Assembly (NCBI RefSeq): GCF_964213995.1
Contig: NC_135819.1
Span: forward strand, 67,766,001-67,830,000
Source of the DNA: Mustelus asterias
Lineage: Eukaryota
Reading direction: 5' to 3'
DNA length: 64,000 nt
In this document: piece by piece, positions 11,022 to 24,195 of the stretch
Layout of the letters: each line of letters starts with the position of its first letter
How positions within the stretch are numbered: the stretch's first letter is position 1
The notes under the pieces: model-generated
Database searches by the model: none
Told to the model about the DNA's origin: nothing
The model's input: only the letters and a program-made list of their open reading frames with translations
Position numbers and translations under genes: made by a program

Positions 11022-14000
11022 TTTGGCAGGGGGGTGGGATCCAAAGCAGTAGGGAGACAGAAAAGAAGTTTGAGGACAGCACGGAAGTTAAAGAGAGCAC
11101 ATTCATTCGTAAAGGCAGTGTCAGTAATCCTAGTACCAGACAGGTCAGACAGAAGCAAGACAGAGAGCAAGGGAAGTCCAGATTAAATTGCATTTATTTC
11201 AATGCAAGAGGCCTGACGGGCAAGGCAGATGAACTCAGGGCATTGATGGGTACGTGGGACTGGGATATTATAGCAATTACTGAAACATGGCTAAGGGAGG
11301 TTCAGGACTGGCAGATCAATGTTCCAGGGTACAGATGCTATAGGAAAGATAGAACAGGAGGTAAGAGAGGAGGGGGAGTTGCACTTTTGATCAGGGAAAG
11401 CATCACAGCCGTACTGAGAGAGGATATATCTGAGGGTTCAGCCACTGAGCCTATATGGGTAGAACTGAGAAATAAGAAGGGGGAAATCACTTTGATAGGG
11501 TTGTACTATAGGCCCCCAAATAGTCAGCGGGAAATTGAGGAGCAAATATGTAAGGAGATTACAGATAGCTCCAAGAAAAATAGGATGGTACTAGTCGGAG
11601 ATTTTAATTTTCCCAACATTGACTGGGACAGCCATAGTATTAGAGGGTTGGGTGGAGAGAAATTTGTTGTGTATTCAGGAGGAATTTCTCATTCAGTATG
11701 TGGATGGCCCGACTAGAGAGAGGGCAAAACTTGGAAATAAGGAAGGGCAGGTGACAGAAGTGTTAGTGAGGGATCACTTTGGGACCAGTGACCATAATTC
11801 TATTAGTTTTAAGATAGCTATAGAGAATGATAGGTCTGTCCCAAAAGTTAATATTCTAAATTGGGGCAAGGCCAATTTTGATGGTATCAGGCAGGAACTT
11901 TCAAAAGTTAATTGGGGGAGTCTGTGGGAAGGAAAAGGGACGTCTGGTAAGTGGCATGCTTTCAAAAGTGTGTTAACCAGGGTTCAGGGTAAACACATTC
12001 CTCTTAGAGTGAAGGGCAGGGCTGGCAGAAGTCGGGAACTGTGGATGACTTGGGATATTGAGGCCCTGGTCAAGATGAAGAAAGAAGCACATGATGTGCA
12101 TAGGCAGCTGGGATCAAGTGAATCTCTTGAAGAGTATAGGGGGTGTAGGAGTAGAGTTAAGAGAGAAATTAGGAGGGCAAAAACGGGACACGAAATTGTT
12201 TTGGCAGATAAGGCAAAGGAGAATCCAAAGAGCTTCTACAAATACATAAAGGGCAAAAGAGTAACAAGGGGGAGAGTAGGGCCTCTTAAGGATCAAGAAG
12301 GTAATCTATGTGCGGATCCACAAGAGATGGGTGAGATCCTAAATGAATATTTCTCATCAGTATTTACTGTTGAGAAAAGCATGGATGTTAGGGAACTTGG
12401 GGAATTAAATATTGATGTCTTGAGGAGTGAACATATTACAGAGAAGGAGGTAAGAAGGGGTAACCAAGAAGGTAGATGAGGGCAGTGCAGTTGATGTTGT
12501 CTATATGGACTTTAGCAAAGCCTTTGACAAGGTACTGCATGGTAGGTTGTTGCATAAAGTTAAATCTCACGGGATCCAGGGTGAGGTATCTAAATGGATA
12601 CAAAATTGGCTTCTTGAACAGAGGGATCTGGGAATACAGGTACAGAATTCCCTAAAAGTGACGTCACAGGTGGATAGAGTCGTAAAGAGTGCCTTTGGTA
12701 CATTGGCCTTTATAAATCGGAGTATCGAGTATAAAAGTTGGAGTGTTATGGTAAGATTATATAAGGCATTGGTGAGGCCGAATTTGGAGTACTGTGTACA
12801 GTTTTGGTCACCTAGTTATAGGAAGGATGTAAATAAGGTTGAAAGAGTGCAGAGAAGGTTCACAAGGATGTTGCCGGGACTTGAGAAGCTGAGTTACAGA
12901 GAGAGATTGAATAGGTTAGGACTTTATTCCCTGGAGCGTAGAAGATTGAGGGGAGATTTGATAGAGGTGTATAAGATTTTGATGGGTATAGATAGAGTGA
13001 ATGCAAGCAGGCTTTTTCCACTGAGGCTAGGGAAGAAAAAAAACAGAGGGCATGGGTAAGGTTAAAGGGGGGGCTTCTTCACGCAGAGAGTGGTGGGAGT
13101 GTGGAATGAGCTGCCGGATAAAGTGGTAAATGCGGGGTCACTTTTAACATTTAAGAAAAACTTGGATGGGTTCATGGATGAGAGGGGTGTGGAGGGATAT
13201 GGTCCAAGTGCAGGTCAGTGGGACGAGGCAAAAAATGGTTCGGCACAGACAAGAAGGGCCAAAAGGCCTGTTTCTGAGCTGTAATTTTCTGTGGTTCTAT
13301 GGTTGACAGAAGCCAGAGGGTGGTTGTAGAGAGTTGTTTTTCAAACTGGAGGCCTGTGACCAGCAGTGTGCCTCAGGGATCAGTGCTGGGTCCACTGTTA
13401 TTTGTCATTTAAATTAATGATTTGGATGAGAATATAGGGGGCATGGTTAGTAAGTTTGCAGATGACACCAAGATTGGTGGCATGGTGGACAGTGAGGAAG
13501 GTTATCTCCAATTGCAGCGGGATCTTGATCAATTGGGCCAGTGGGCTGACGAATGGTAGATGGAGTTTAATTTAGACAAATGCAAGGTAATGCATTTTGG
13601 TAGATTGAACCAGGGCAGGACTTACTCAGTTAATGGTAGGGCGTTGGGGAGAGTTACAGAACAAAGAGATCTAGGGGTACATGTTCATAGCTCCTTGAAA
13701 GTGGAGTGACAGGTGGACAGAGTGGTGAAGAAGGCATTCAGCATGCTTGGTTTCATCGGTCAGAACATTGAATACAGGAGTTGGGACGTCTTGTTGAAGT
13801 TGTACAAGACATTGGTAAGGCCACACTTGGAATATTGTGTGCAATTCTGGTCACCCTATTATAGAAAGGATATTATTAAACTAGAAAGTGTGCAGAAAAG
13901 ATTTACTAGGATGCTAGCGGGACTTGATGGATTGAGTTATAAGGAGAGGCTGAATAGACTGGGACTTTTCACTCTGGAGCGTAGGAGGCTGAGGGGTGAT

Positions 14001-14293
14001 CTTATAGAGGTCTATAAAATAATGAGGGGCATAGACAAGGTAGATAGTCAATATCTTTTCCCAAAGGTAGGGGAGTCTAAAACTAGAGGGCATAGTTTAA
14101 GGTGAGAGGGGAGAGATACAAAAGTGTCCAGAGGGGCAATTTTTTCACACAGAGGGTGGTGAGTGTCTGGAACAAGCTGCCAGAGGTAGTAGTAGAGAAG
14201 GGTACAATTTTATCTTTTAAAAAGCATTTAGATGGTTACATGGGTACAATGGGTATGGAGAGATATGGGCCAAATGTGAGCAATTGGGATTAG
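11003..14293 (+). pseudogene. Disrupted CR1 ORF2 (APE endonuclease + reverse transcriptase)
   Basis: Fragmented into ORFs 11003..11716, 11619..12479, 13713..14105 and 14102..14293; PQGSVLGP and KFADD encoded at about 13370-13470. Confidence 0.88.
12618..13302 (+). mobile_element. Nested 5'-truncated CR1 of another subfamily inside the RT of the long CR1
   Basis: Host sequence TGGCTTCTTGA|CAGAAGCC is interrupted; TTGA is duplicated at 12614-12617 and 13303-13306; the insert has its own 3' UTR and (TTCTATGG)-type tail. Confidence 0.85.
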
Positions 14294-14376
14294 CTTAGGG
14301 GTTTAAAAAAAAAAGGGCGACATGGACAAGTTGGGCCGAGGGGCCTGTTTCCATGCTGTAAACCTCTATGACTCTA

Positions 14377-16170
14377 TGACCTGCCCACCTAATCCCACTT
14401 GCCAGCACTTGGTCCATAGCCTTGAATGTTACGGCGTGCCAAGTACTCATCCAGGTACTTTTTAGAGGATGTGAGGCAACCCACCTCCACCACCCTCCCA
14501 GGCAGCGCATTCCAGACCGTCACCACCCTCTGGGTAAAAAGGTTTTTCCTTAAATCCCCCCAAAACATCCCACCCCTCACTTTTAACTTGTGACCCCTCG
14601 TAACTAACCCTTCAACTAAGGGGATCAGCTGCTCCCTGTCCATGCCCCTCATAATCTTGAACACCTCAATCAGGTCGCCCCTCAGTCTTCTCTGCTCCAA
14701 CGAAAACAACCCAAGCCTACCCAACCTCTCTTCACAACTTAAATGTTCCATCCCAGGCAGCATCCTGGCAAATCTCCTCTGTACTGCCTCCAGTGCGTTC
14801 ATGTCCTTCCTATAATACAGTGACCAGAATTGCACACAGTACTCCAGCTGTGGCCTCACCAAAGTTCCATACAACTCCGTCATGACGTCTCTGCTTTAGT
14901 AATCTATACTTGATTGATAAAGGCGAGTGTGCCATATGCCTTTTTCACCGCCCTATTAACCTGCCTTTCTGCCTTCAGAGATCTATGGACAAACACAGCA
15001 AGGTCCCTTTGTTTTTCAGTTCTTCCGCGTGTCAGACCTTTCAAGGTATACTTCCGTGTCAAATTACTCCTTCCAAAGTGCATCACCTCACACTTTTCAG
15101 AGTTAAATTCCATCTGTCACTTATCCGCCCATTTGACCATCTTGTCTATATCTTCCTGTAACCCAAGACACTCAACTTCACTGTTAACCACCCAGCCAAT
15201 CTTTGTGTCATCGGCAAACTTACTGATCCTACCCCCCCACATAGTCATCTATTTCATTTATATAAATGATGAACTGTAGGGGGCCCAGGACGGATCTCTG
15301 TGGCACGTCACTGGTCATTGGCCTCCAGTCACTAAAGCAGCCATCTGTCATCACCCTCTGTCTCTTACCATTAAACCAATTATGAATCCACCTTGTCAGA
15401 TCACCCTGTATCCCATGTGCATTTGCCTTCTTAATAAGTCTTCCATGTGGGACCTTGTCAAAGGCTTTGCTGAAATCCGTGTAAACTACATCAACCGCAA
15501 TACCCTCACCCACACACTTAGTTACATGCTCAAAATATTCAATCAAATTTGTTAGGCCTGACCTCCCTCTGACAAAACCATGCTGACTATCCCTGATCAA
15601 GCTTTGCCTCTCCAAATGGCGATAGATTCTCTTCTTCAGAATCTTCTCCAGTAGTTTCCCAACCACAGACGTGAGACTCACTGCTCTGTAGTTCTCTGGC
15701 TTGTCTCTGCAACCTTTCTTAAATAGTGGGACAACATTAGCTGTTCTCCACTCCTCTGGCACCTCCCCGGTGTCCAGGGAGGAAATAAAAATTTGGGTCA
15801 GAGCCCGTGCAATTTCCTCCCTTGCCTCCCACAACAGCCTGGGACATAATTCACCTGGACCTGGAGATCTGTCCACTTTTAAGCCCACCAATACCTCCAA
15901 TACCTTATCACTCCTTGTGATCATTTTCTCTAGAGCCTCACAGTCTCTCTCCCCGAGTTCCAGAACTACCTCCTCATCTTCATGGGTGAAGACAGTTGTG
16001 AAATATTCATTTTACATCCTACCAATGTCCTCTGCCTTCATCCACAGATTTCCCCCCTGGTCCCCAATGGACCCTACGCTTTCCCTGGTTATCCTCTTCC
16101 CATTGATATATTTCTAGAATATCTTAGGATTTTCCCTACTTTTATCAGCTTTCTCATATCCCCTCTTTGC
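14377..16170 (-). mobile_element. Antisense CR1 LINE (ORF2 fragments); its extreme 3' end is displaced to 9791-9883
   Basis: ORFs 14389..14883, 14904..15113 and 15229..15924 (SPGP, QHGF, DFSKAFDKVPH). The 3' UTR continues across the TGACCTG TSD into 9791-9883, which carries the tail. Confidence 0.88.
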
Positions 16171-16776
16171 TTACAGCATGGAAACAGGCCCTTCGGCCCA
16201 ACTTGTCCATGCCACCCTTTTTTTAACCCCTAAGCTAGTCCCAATTGCCCGCGTTTAGCCCATATCCCTCTATACCCATCTTACCCGAGTAACTATCTAA
16301 ATGCCTTTTAAAAGACAAAATTGCACTCACCTCTACTACTACCTCTGGCAGCTTGTTCCAGACACTCACCACCCTCTGTGTGAAAAAATTGCCCCTCTGG
16401 ACGCTTTTGTATCTCTCCCCTCTCACCTTAAACCTATGCCCTCGAGGTTTAGACTCCCCTACCTTTGGAAAAAGATATTGACTATCTAGCTGATCTGTGC
16501 CCCTCATTATTTTATAGACCTCTATAAGATCACCCCTCAGCCTCCTACTCTCCAGAGAAAAAAGTCTCAGTCTATCCAGCCTCTCCTTATAACTCAAACC
16601 ATCAAGTCCCAGTAGCATCCTAGTAAATCTTTTCTGCACTCTTTCTAGTTTAATAATATCCTTTCTATAATAGGGTGACCAGAACTGTACACAGTATTCT
16701 AAGTGTGGCCTTACCAATGTCTTGTACAACTTCAACAAGACGTCCCAACTCCTGTATTCAATGTTCTGACCAATGA
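16171..16776 (-). mobile_element. CR1 3' fragment, same subfamily as the long plus-strand element
   Basis: ORF 16235..16801 is nearly identical in translation to 13713..14293. Confidence 0.88.
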
Positions 16777-16779
16777 ACC

Positions 16780-17570
16780 AGACACACCTGGAGTATTGCA
16801 TGCAGTTTTGGTCTCCCTATCTAAGAAAGGATATACTTGTCATTGAGGGAATGCAGGGGGGTTCACTAAGCTGATTCAGGGGTTGCCAGGACTTGTCCTA
16901 TGAGCAGAGATTGGTTGGACTGGGCCTTTATTCACTGGAATTTAGAAGGATGAGGAGGCAATCTGGTTGAAATGTATAAAATTCTAACAGAGCAGATGCA
17001 GGGAGAATGTTTTCTCTGGTTGGAGAGTCTAGACCCAGGGGACACAGTTTCAGAACACTGGGGAGACCATTTCGGACAGAAACTTTTTTATCCAGAAGTG
17101 GTGACAATCTGGAATGTGCTGCCTGGGAGGGTGGTGGAGGCGGGTTGTCTCACACCCTTTAAGAAGTACCTGGATGAGCACTTGGCACATCATAACATTT
17201 AGGGCTACGGGCCAAGTGCTGGCAGATAGGATTAGATGGGCGAGTTCAGGTGTTTCTAATGTGTCAGTGCAGACTCGATGGGCCAAAGGGCCTCTTCTGC
17301 ATTGTATGATTCTATGAGATAAGGGAACATTTCTTCATTCAAAGTGTAGTTAATCTGTGGAATTATCTGTCACAGAAGGTTGTGGAGGCCAATGTATATA
17401 TTCAAGAAAGAGATAGAGAATTGTTTTAGATTTTAATGCATCGAGGGGTATGGGGAGAGAGCGAGAATGTATCATTGAGACTGAGGATCAGCCATGATCA
17501 TATTGAATGGTGGAGCAGGCTCGAAGGGCTGATTGGCTTACTCCTCCTCCTAGTTTCTATGTTTCTAATG
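16780..17570 (+). mobile_element. Degenerate CR1 3' fragment with a nested CR1 tail (about 17081-17317)
   Basis: CACCTGGAGTATTGCATGCAGTTTTGGTCTCC start; nested piece is homologous to the reverse complement of 14384-14545. Confidence 0.75.
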
Positions 17571-18586
17571 CCACTATTTCTCTCTGGGATGACTTCATCC
17601 TCTGGAATGGGTGTGACAGGACCTACGTTGTCCACTCTGATTCCAGGCCATATTCTGGGTTGGGCCTGATTCTCATGAGGGAGCTGTGTCCAGACAGAAT
17701 CCACCAGAATGAGTGAGAAGGGACATCTGGAAGCCCCATTTGGAGCAGGACAGCTCAAAAGGGAAAGCAGATTTTTGTTGAGTCTGTCTTTTGAATCATG
17801 GACCCAGCAGGGAGGGAGAGGGACCAGACATTGTCATCAGTGGGGTCCTACTGCTTCTCCAGCATGTATCTCTCCTTCCCTCTCCTTTTGGGGCTTCACT
17901 GGGGTCCCAGCAGTACATGAAAGGGAAGCAGGAAAATCAACCAGTTTCTCTTGAGTTTTTAGCTCAGTTCTGGAGTTCCTTCACAATCTTATTGTAGTCA
18001 CCTGGAAATACAGCGAAACTGAATGACTTAAAGACACATAAAGAACCAACCTAAGACTTTTAAAAATTTGTCCATGGGATGTGCGCATCGCTGGCCGGGC
18101 CAGTATTTGTTGCCCATCTCTACTTGCCCTTAAGGGGCAGGTAAGACTCACCCACATTGCTGGAGCCGCACGTAAGCCAGATGGTGTAATAATGCATGGA
18201 TATCTTTAAAACATTATCAATGCACTGGACACACTCTTTGGAACTTCTCAAAGCACACAAAAGAATCTGTTATCAACAAGATTAACTATTCTGGAAATAT
18301 TTCAAGGGCATTTGATTATAATTCAAAGCAAGTTATTTTAACCCTGAGTTGGCATATTTAATGTAGATTGTAATGTTAGAATAGTCCTTCAGTGTCTTTG
18401 TTTGATTATAGGATGATCAAGGAGAATTTCCTTTCACTGGAAGCAGCCACTAAGGTTTCAGAATGAATGTGAAATGGCTTTAGAGAAAGCAAACATAGCT
18501 CTTGCTCGATCAGTAAATTCGAAATTAAGAAGACGTTCATTCATTCCAACAAGCCTCTAGCATGTCAGATTCAGTGAGTCTTTTAA

Positions 18587-18871
18587 GTTTAAAGATTATT
18601 TATTAGTCACAAGTAGGCTGCAATTAAGTTACTGTGAAAATCCCCTAGTCGCCACACTCTGGCGCCTGTTCGGGTACACTGAGGGAGAATTTAGCATGGC
18701 CAATGCACCTAACCAGCACGTCTTTTGGACTGTGGGAGGAAACTGGAGCACCCGGAGGAAACCCACGTAGACAATGTGCAGACTCTGCGCAGACAGTGTC
18801 CCAAGCTGGGAATCGAACCCAGGTCCTTGGCGCTGTGAGACAGCTGTGCTAACCACTGTGCTACCATGCCG
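18587..18871 (-). mobile_element. tRNA-derived V-SINE (HE1-like), tail type B
   Basis: A/B boxes (TAGCACAGTGG, GGTTCGATTCC), V-core GGGTTTCCTCCGGGTGCTCC, tail GGGGATTTTCACAGTAAC...AATAAATAA. Confidence 0.85.
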
Positions 18872-19794
18872 TTCAGATGTACTGAGCTTTTGCAGTTGGT
18901 TATTCCATAGGCCAAACAATCAGTTGCTCAGTGACTCACGCCCTTTAAGTGTTACGGATTTGATGTTTTTATGGGAACTTTTCTTATAGTTAACACATGT
19001 TACTGATAAGTCCTTTACAAAGCGTTCTTTTTCTAAAAGGTTCTACCTCAAACCGTGTTGAAGGTTGCTGCAGATGACAGATAAAATCGGTGCCAAACAC
19101 ATTACTCTGGCCATGAGATAATCCTTATGTAATTTGCACCTGTCTATTTCTCCCTGGGGATCAGTGGATTTGTAACAGCTCCAAACCAAGCAAAGAATTG
19201 ACGTGGACTTTTTCTTCAGATTATTGCAGTCCGTCAAAATCCCCAAGCTCACTTCCTAACCTCCACGTGGATTATGGTGAGTTGTCAGCCAACTGTTCGT
19301 GTTCCGGTATATAAAATTACATAGAACATACAGGCCAGAAACAGGCCATTCGCTCCACTGGTCCATACTCGCTATGAGCCTCCTCCCACCCTCCTTCATC
19401 TGACATCTCCTTCTAGTATGTGCAGACCACCCAGTGAGGGGTCGAATCTGTGCATGTCTGATGACTATCTACCACAAGATAAACATGGTCTCCAAGGGTT
19501 GGCTAGCTCCAAGTTGCTGACGAAGATTGCAACCAAATCTTTGTGACTCAATAACCTGATATTTCATGGCAAAAGTTGGTGAAGGATTTTATTTCAGTTA
19601 AATATTTACAATTTTGTTTACAAATATCAAAATGTTCCTCCATGAATGAAAAAGTCCAACCATCTCGCTTCACCAGTGATCACATTCTTTGTTCCAAGTC
19701 TGAAGAGCAGATTGATGTGGTAAAGAGGCCTGAAGGGCATGAACATGTACAAGCTGGCAAGCTGATTCATTTTGCTAGATTTAAGTTATTTATT

Positions 19795-20116
19795 GGGCGG
19801 CATGGTGGCCCAGTGGTTAGCACTGCTACCTCATAGCACCAGGGACCCGGGTTCAATTCCCGGCTTGGGTCACTGTCTGTGAGGGGTTTGCACATTCTCC
19901 CTGTGTCTGCGTGGGTTTCCTCTGGGTGCTCCGGTTTCCTCCTACAGTCCAAAGATGTGCGGGTTAGGTGGATTGGCCGTGCTAAATTGCCCCTTTGTGC
20001 CAGGGGGTCTAGCTAGGGTAAATACATGGAGTTGTGGGGATGGGTTCTGGGTGGGATTGTGGTCAGTGCAGACTTGATGGGTCGAATGGCCTCCTTCTGC
20101 ACTGTAGGATTCTATC
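19795..20116 (+). mobile_element. V-SINE (HE1-like), CR1-derived tail type A
   Basis: GGGCGGCATGGTGGCCCAGTGGTTAGC head, V-core, tail AATGGCCTCCTTCTGCACTGTAGGATTCTAT. Confidence 0.85.
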
Positions 20117-21839
20117 TCAGGCCAAAATAATTATGAGAATTCATTCTGTACAGGCTGCTTGTGTGCAAATCTTGGTACTCCTCAAGGGGCTTGGAGTTTA
20201 ATGGGCAACAACTGCTCCTCCAAATCCTTCCCCCACATTGTGTCGGTGTTGAATCTGTTTCTTGTTCCAATCCCATTAGCAATCACTAGACAACAAGCAC
20301 ATACATAGGAAGGCATCTGGTCCAAATTAACACCTCCATTGCTTCCGACTGAACAGCTACAATTCACACCAAGTTAAGATGGCATCTGAAGGTGGTGAAC
20401 AATCCCAGACTTTCAAAAGGAATTTAACAGATAATCTGGGAATTTATTTCACAGAATCGGAGAAGTGGATGTCAATTTCAACAAGAATAAATTGCAAAGT
20501 CTTCAACCAGTGGCTGGAGGGGAGGGGTGTTGCCATGTTGGCAGCTCAAAGAGCAAACCTTGTCAGGTTTGCTTGCGGGCTCCTAGGGGAGGTGAAGGTG
20601 TCCCTCATTCAAAGGCACTCTGATTGAGGGACCTGGTATCAGGAAAGGAAGGGGGGATGGGGGGGAGGCATTAAAAACCACCCCCTGCCCTTGCTGCTGA
20701 CCCCATTCCTGCTCCCGTAACCCCCTTCCTATGACCCCATCCCACCCTCACTCACCTTTGGCCTCATGCCCCTCAATGCTCCTGGGCATCTGGTGGGTCG
20801 ATAACCGATAGCTGCCAATATTCCCGCTGGCACGACCTGCAATGGAGAGTTCCAGCCTCTGATCAGTCAGCATCCCTTGGGATTGTTGGGATGGGGTGCA
20901 GGATTTCCCCCAGAGTCCTTAATCCAGGGGAAGGCCCAATGGTGGCCACTTAAGTACCGAATAAACACTTAAAACAGCAGAGGGGATGTGGAGCTCTCAC
21001 TGGCTCTGCAGCTGGTGGACGAGAACATCATCATTCTGCCCAATGTTTCGGAACTAGTGTTGTACTGAAAAGTCAGAAGCCAGGAACATTAACTCTCTCT
21101 CCACGGGGGCTGTCAAATCTTCCGAGTATTTCAAACAGTTTTTGTTTTTATTTCAGACTTCCTGCATTCACAATATTTTACCTGCGTGCTTACCTGTCGA
21201 TCTCATTATATTCTACCCAATGACCCGCAAATGAGTTCTCCTGATCTTTCACCTGGTAACAGGATAAGGGGCAGTGACCTTTTTTTTGTCTGAGGTTGGC
21301 TTGTATAACTGTCAGTTAAACTGATTAGCTCACCCCCCGTGACCAGAATTCTCACGGAACTACACTCTGGAGTTTTTGAACGGGAATAAAGTCATTTTGA
21401 CCCAATGGATCCCAATGCCTCCAGTTCTCACACAGCATTCTGCAGACCTGTCCATCCAGTTTGCCTCGAATATACAATTCCCCTCCTCATCCACCCTCTC
21501 ACTCACCTCCCACCACCCTATCTCCCCATTGACCAACCTCCCGCATCGCAACCTCTAGTTGCAAAGCGAATTTTAACCCTTTATGAACCCATCTTAATTT
21601 AAAAGCTGCATTGTTATAGAAATATATGTATTAACTGACAATGAAAGACTAAGGTCCATCGAATTCACCTTTCAGCATCCTGATAGTCACATGACACAAC
21701 AATAATAGAGGTCACAGAACCATAGAATGGTTACAGCACAATAGGAAGCTATCCGGCCCGTCGAGCCAATGCAAGAGCAATTTGTCTAGTTCCACTCTGC
21801 TAACTTTTGCCTGCAGCCCTACAATATTTTTCTGATATT

Positions 21840-22160
21840 CATAGAATCCTACAGTGCAGAAGGAGGCCATTTGGCCCATTGAGTCTGCACCGACCACAAT
21901 CCCACCCAAGCTCTATCCCCGTAACCCCATGCATTTACCCTAGCTAGTCCCCCCTAACACTAAAGGGCAATTTAGCATGGCCAATCCACCTAACCCGCAC
22001 ATCTTTGGACTGTGGGAGGAAACCGGAGCACCCAGAGGAAACCCACGCAGACACGTGGAGAACGTGCAGACTCCGCACAGACAGTGACCCAAGCCGGGAA
22101 TCAAACCCGGGTCCCTGGTGCGGTGAGGCAGCAGTGCTAACCACTGTGCCACCATGCCGC
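21840..22160 (-). mobile_element. V-SINE (HE1-like), tail type A
   Basis: Reverse complement of the same family as 19795-20116. Confidence 0.85.
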
Positions 22161-22879
22161 ACTACATTAACTGATCAGAGCAATTAAATGTCCATACATC
22201 AGTCTATAGCCAATGCAAACATGGATCATCTCCTCACTCCTCTAATTCTGGCCTCTTGCACATTCCTGATCTTCAAGGTCCTTATCATTCAGGGATGTAT
22301 GATCATGTAACCCTGCACCGCCCCCCCCCCCCCCCCCTCTCTCGCCCAGCCACCCCATCATCCTAACGAATCCTGAAAGTATTAATTTTAGCTTTTGTGT
22401 ATGCACATTTAGCAGGCAAAATGGTTTAATCATTGTATTAAAATAGCGTGTTGATGAAGTGGAAGCTTTTCTTTTTAATTTGCTGACTGCTGGTTTAGAT
22501 TTGTCTTCACCGGCAAGATATATTGAAGCAGCGAGCGGTGACGAGGCCTTCGCTGAGCTTACCGCTAGAAAGCACGTACACAAAAGCTGCAGTCACGGTC
22601 ATATTGGATTGGAATGTGGCAATAAGTGATCTTTCATTGCAGTGTGGTTACAACAAAGGCTCGCTGATCTCCCGAGTGCCAGCACTGTGGCTATCTCGAC
22701 CAAAGCTCACTCTGCCATCCAAAGCATTGTATTCATTCTCACTCCGCTTGTCTCTTCAGGCATTTGCTGTTTTCCCCTACGGATTCTAATTGGGCAGCTG
22801 GAGGTAACTAGTTCCCGTTAGAACATCTACTCTTCAATTCAATGTGCTAACGGGACCATCGTCACTCACTAATTAAGTT

Positions 22880-23260
22880 GTGGGTTGAAGGCCCACTCTA
22901 GAGTTTGGCACAGAAGTCTTGGTTCTCACCCCAGTGCCGTACTGAGAGAGTGCTGCACTGTCAGAGGTGCCGTCACTCAGATCAGGCACTAAACTGAAGT
23001 CCTTACGTGAAAGTAAAAGGTCCCATGGCACCATTCTGAAGAAGATCAGGGAAGTTTTCCCTGGGTATCCTAGTCAATATTTATCCTTCAATCAACATCA
23101 CACATACAGGTCACTGTCACATTGCTGTTCCGGAGAGTTGTCGCGTACTGTGTTTTCTACAATACTGACTACATCTCAAAAATACCCCATTGGTTCTGAA
23201 GCACTTTGGGTTGCTCTAATGTCATGATAGGTGCTACATAAATGAAAGTCTTTCTTTCTT
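22880..23260 (+). mobile_element. DeuSINE-type SINE
   Basis: CCAGTGCCGTACTGAGAGAGTGCTGCACTGTCAGAGGTGCC...GTAAAAGGTCCCATGGCAC...GGTGCTACATAAATGAAAGTCTTT. Confidence 0.65.
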
Positions 23261-23454
23261 AAAGTTGCTGATTCTTTCCCAAGTCTCTAGATTGGCTGAA
23301 TGGAAGTTAGACAAACTGATGTAGTAGCTGGGATTAAATACCACAAGATCTTTGCATATATATGATGCGTTTAAATAATAAAATCTCCCAAGGTACAGAA
23401 TAGAATTCCTATTACGTTGTCCCAGTCAGAAATCCCAGCAATGGTAAGATCCAG

Positions 23455-23750
23455 TGCAGTGTTGTCAGTGGACTAACAATCCAGAGACATCCAGGTAACC
23501 CGGGTTCAAATCCCACCATGACAGATGGTGAAATTTGAATTCAATAAAAATATGGAATTAAAAAGTCTAATGATGACCAAGAAACCATTGTCAATTATAA
23601 AATCCCATCTGGTTCACTAATGTCCTTTAGGGAAGGAAATCTGCCTGGTCTGCCCTACATGTGATCCTGAAATGGAGGGCAGTTAGGGCTGGACAATAAA
23701 TGCTGATCCTGCCAGCAATGCCCACATCCGGTAAATGAATTTTAAAAAGA
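23455..23750 (+). mobile_element. Interspersed SINE-like repeat (second copy at about 44120-44432)
   Basis: GGTTCAAATCCCACCA..CAGATGGTGAAATTTGAATTCAATAAAAA shared with 44170-44220; B-box-like GGTTCAAATCC. Confidence 0.65.
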
Positions 23751-24195
23751 TGTAGTAAAAATTCTCCTCTACATAAGGCATTCCAAAAATAGGTAGATGA
23801 CATTCTAAAGGCAATTTCCAGTGTTTAGTTTGGAGCTGCCAATCAGAATCTGCCCACAGCGGTAAAGTGTGGAACACATGATAGCTAGGCCAGAATTTTG
23901 ATATGGATGTTACTTGATTACATTTTGTTCTTTAATGATTAAGCGACCCACCAAAATGCAATGAAAAACTTTTCCTCAATGTGCTTTTCACTGAACGCCT
24001 GAAGATTTGCTGGGTGGATGAAAGACTTAACTGAGGGCCAGGGGCCCAGGAGAAGGGAGTGCACAAGGTGCAGCCAGGGCCTATACCCTAGGGGAGCCTC
24101 CATGGGCTCATGACACACACTCCCAGAAAAACAACAATCAATGACTGAGAGGACTGGCCAGATTAGCCCTTCCATTCTTGCCTGCCTGGTGTGTT

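Larger units (their letters stand above)
9884..14376 (+). mobile_element. Near full-length CR1-clade LINE (ORF1 plus disrupted ORF2) flanked by 7-bp TSD TGACCTG
   Basis: TSD at 9877-9883 and 14377-14383. 80-bp-spaced repeat in the 5' UTR (CTGTGRRTATAAAACTAACTTACC at 9881 and 9961). APE endonuclease motifs (YFNARG, ITETWL, GDFN, SDH) and RT motifs. Frameshifts, stops and an internal deletion near 12450. (CTCTATGA)n tail. Confidence 0.92.
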
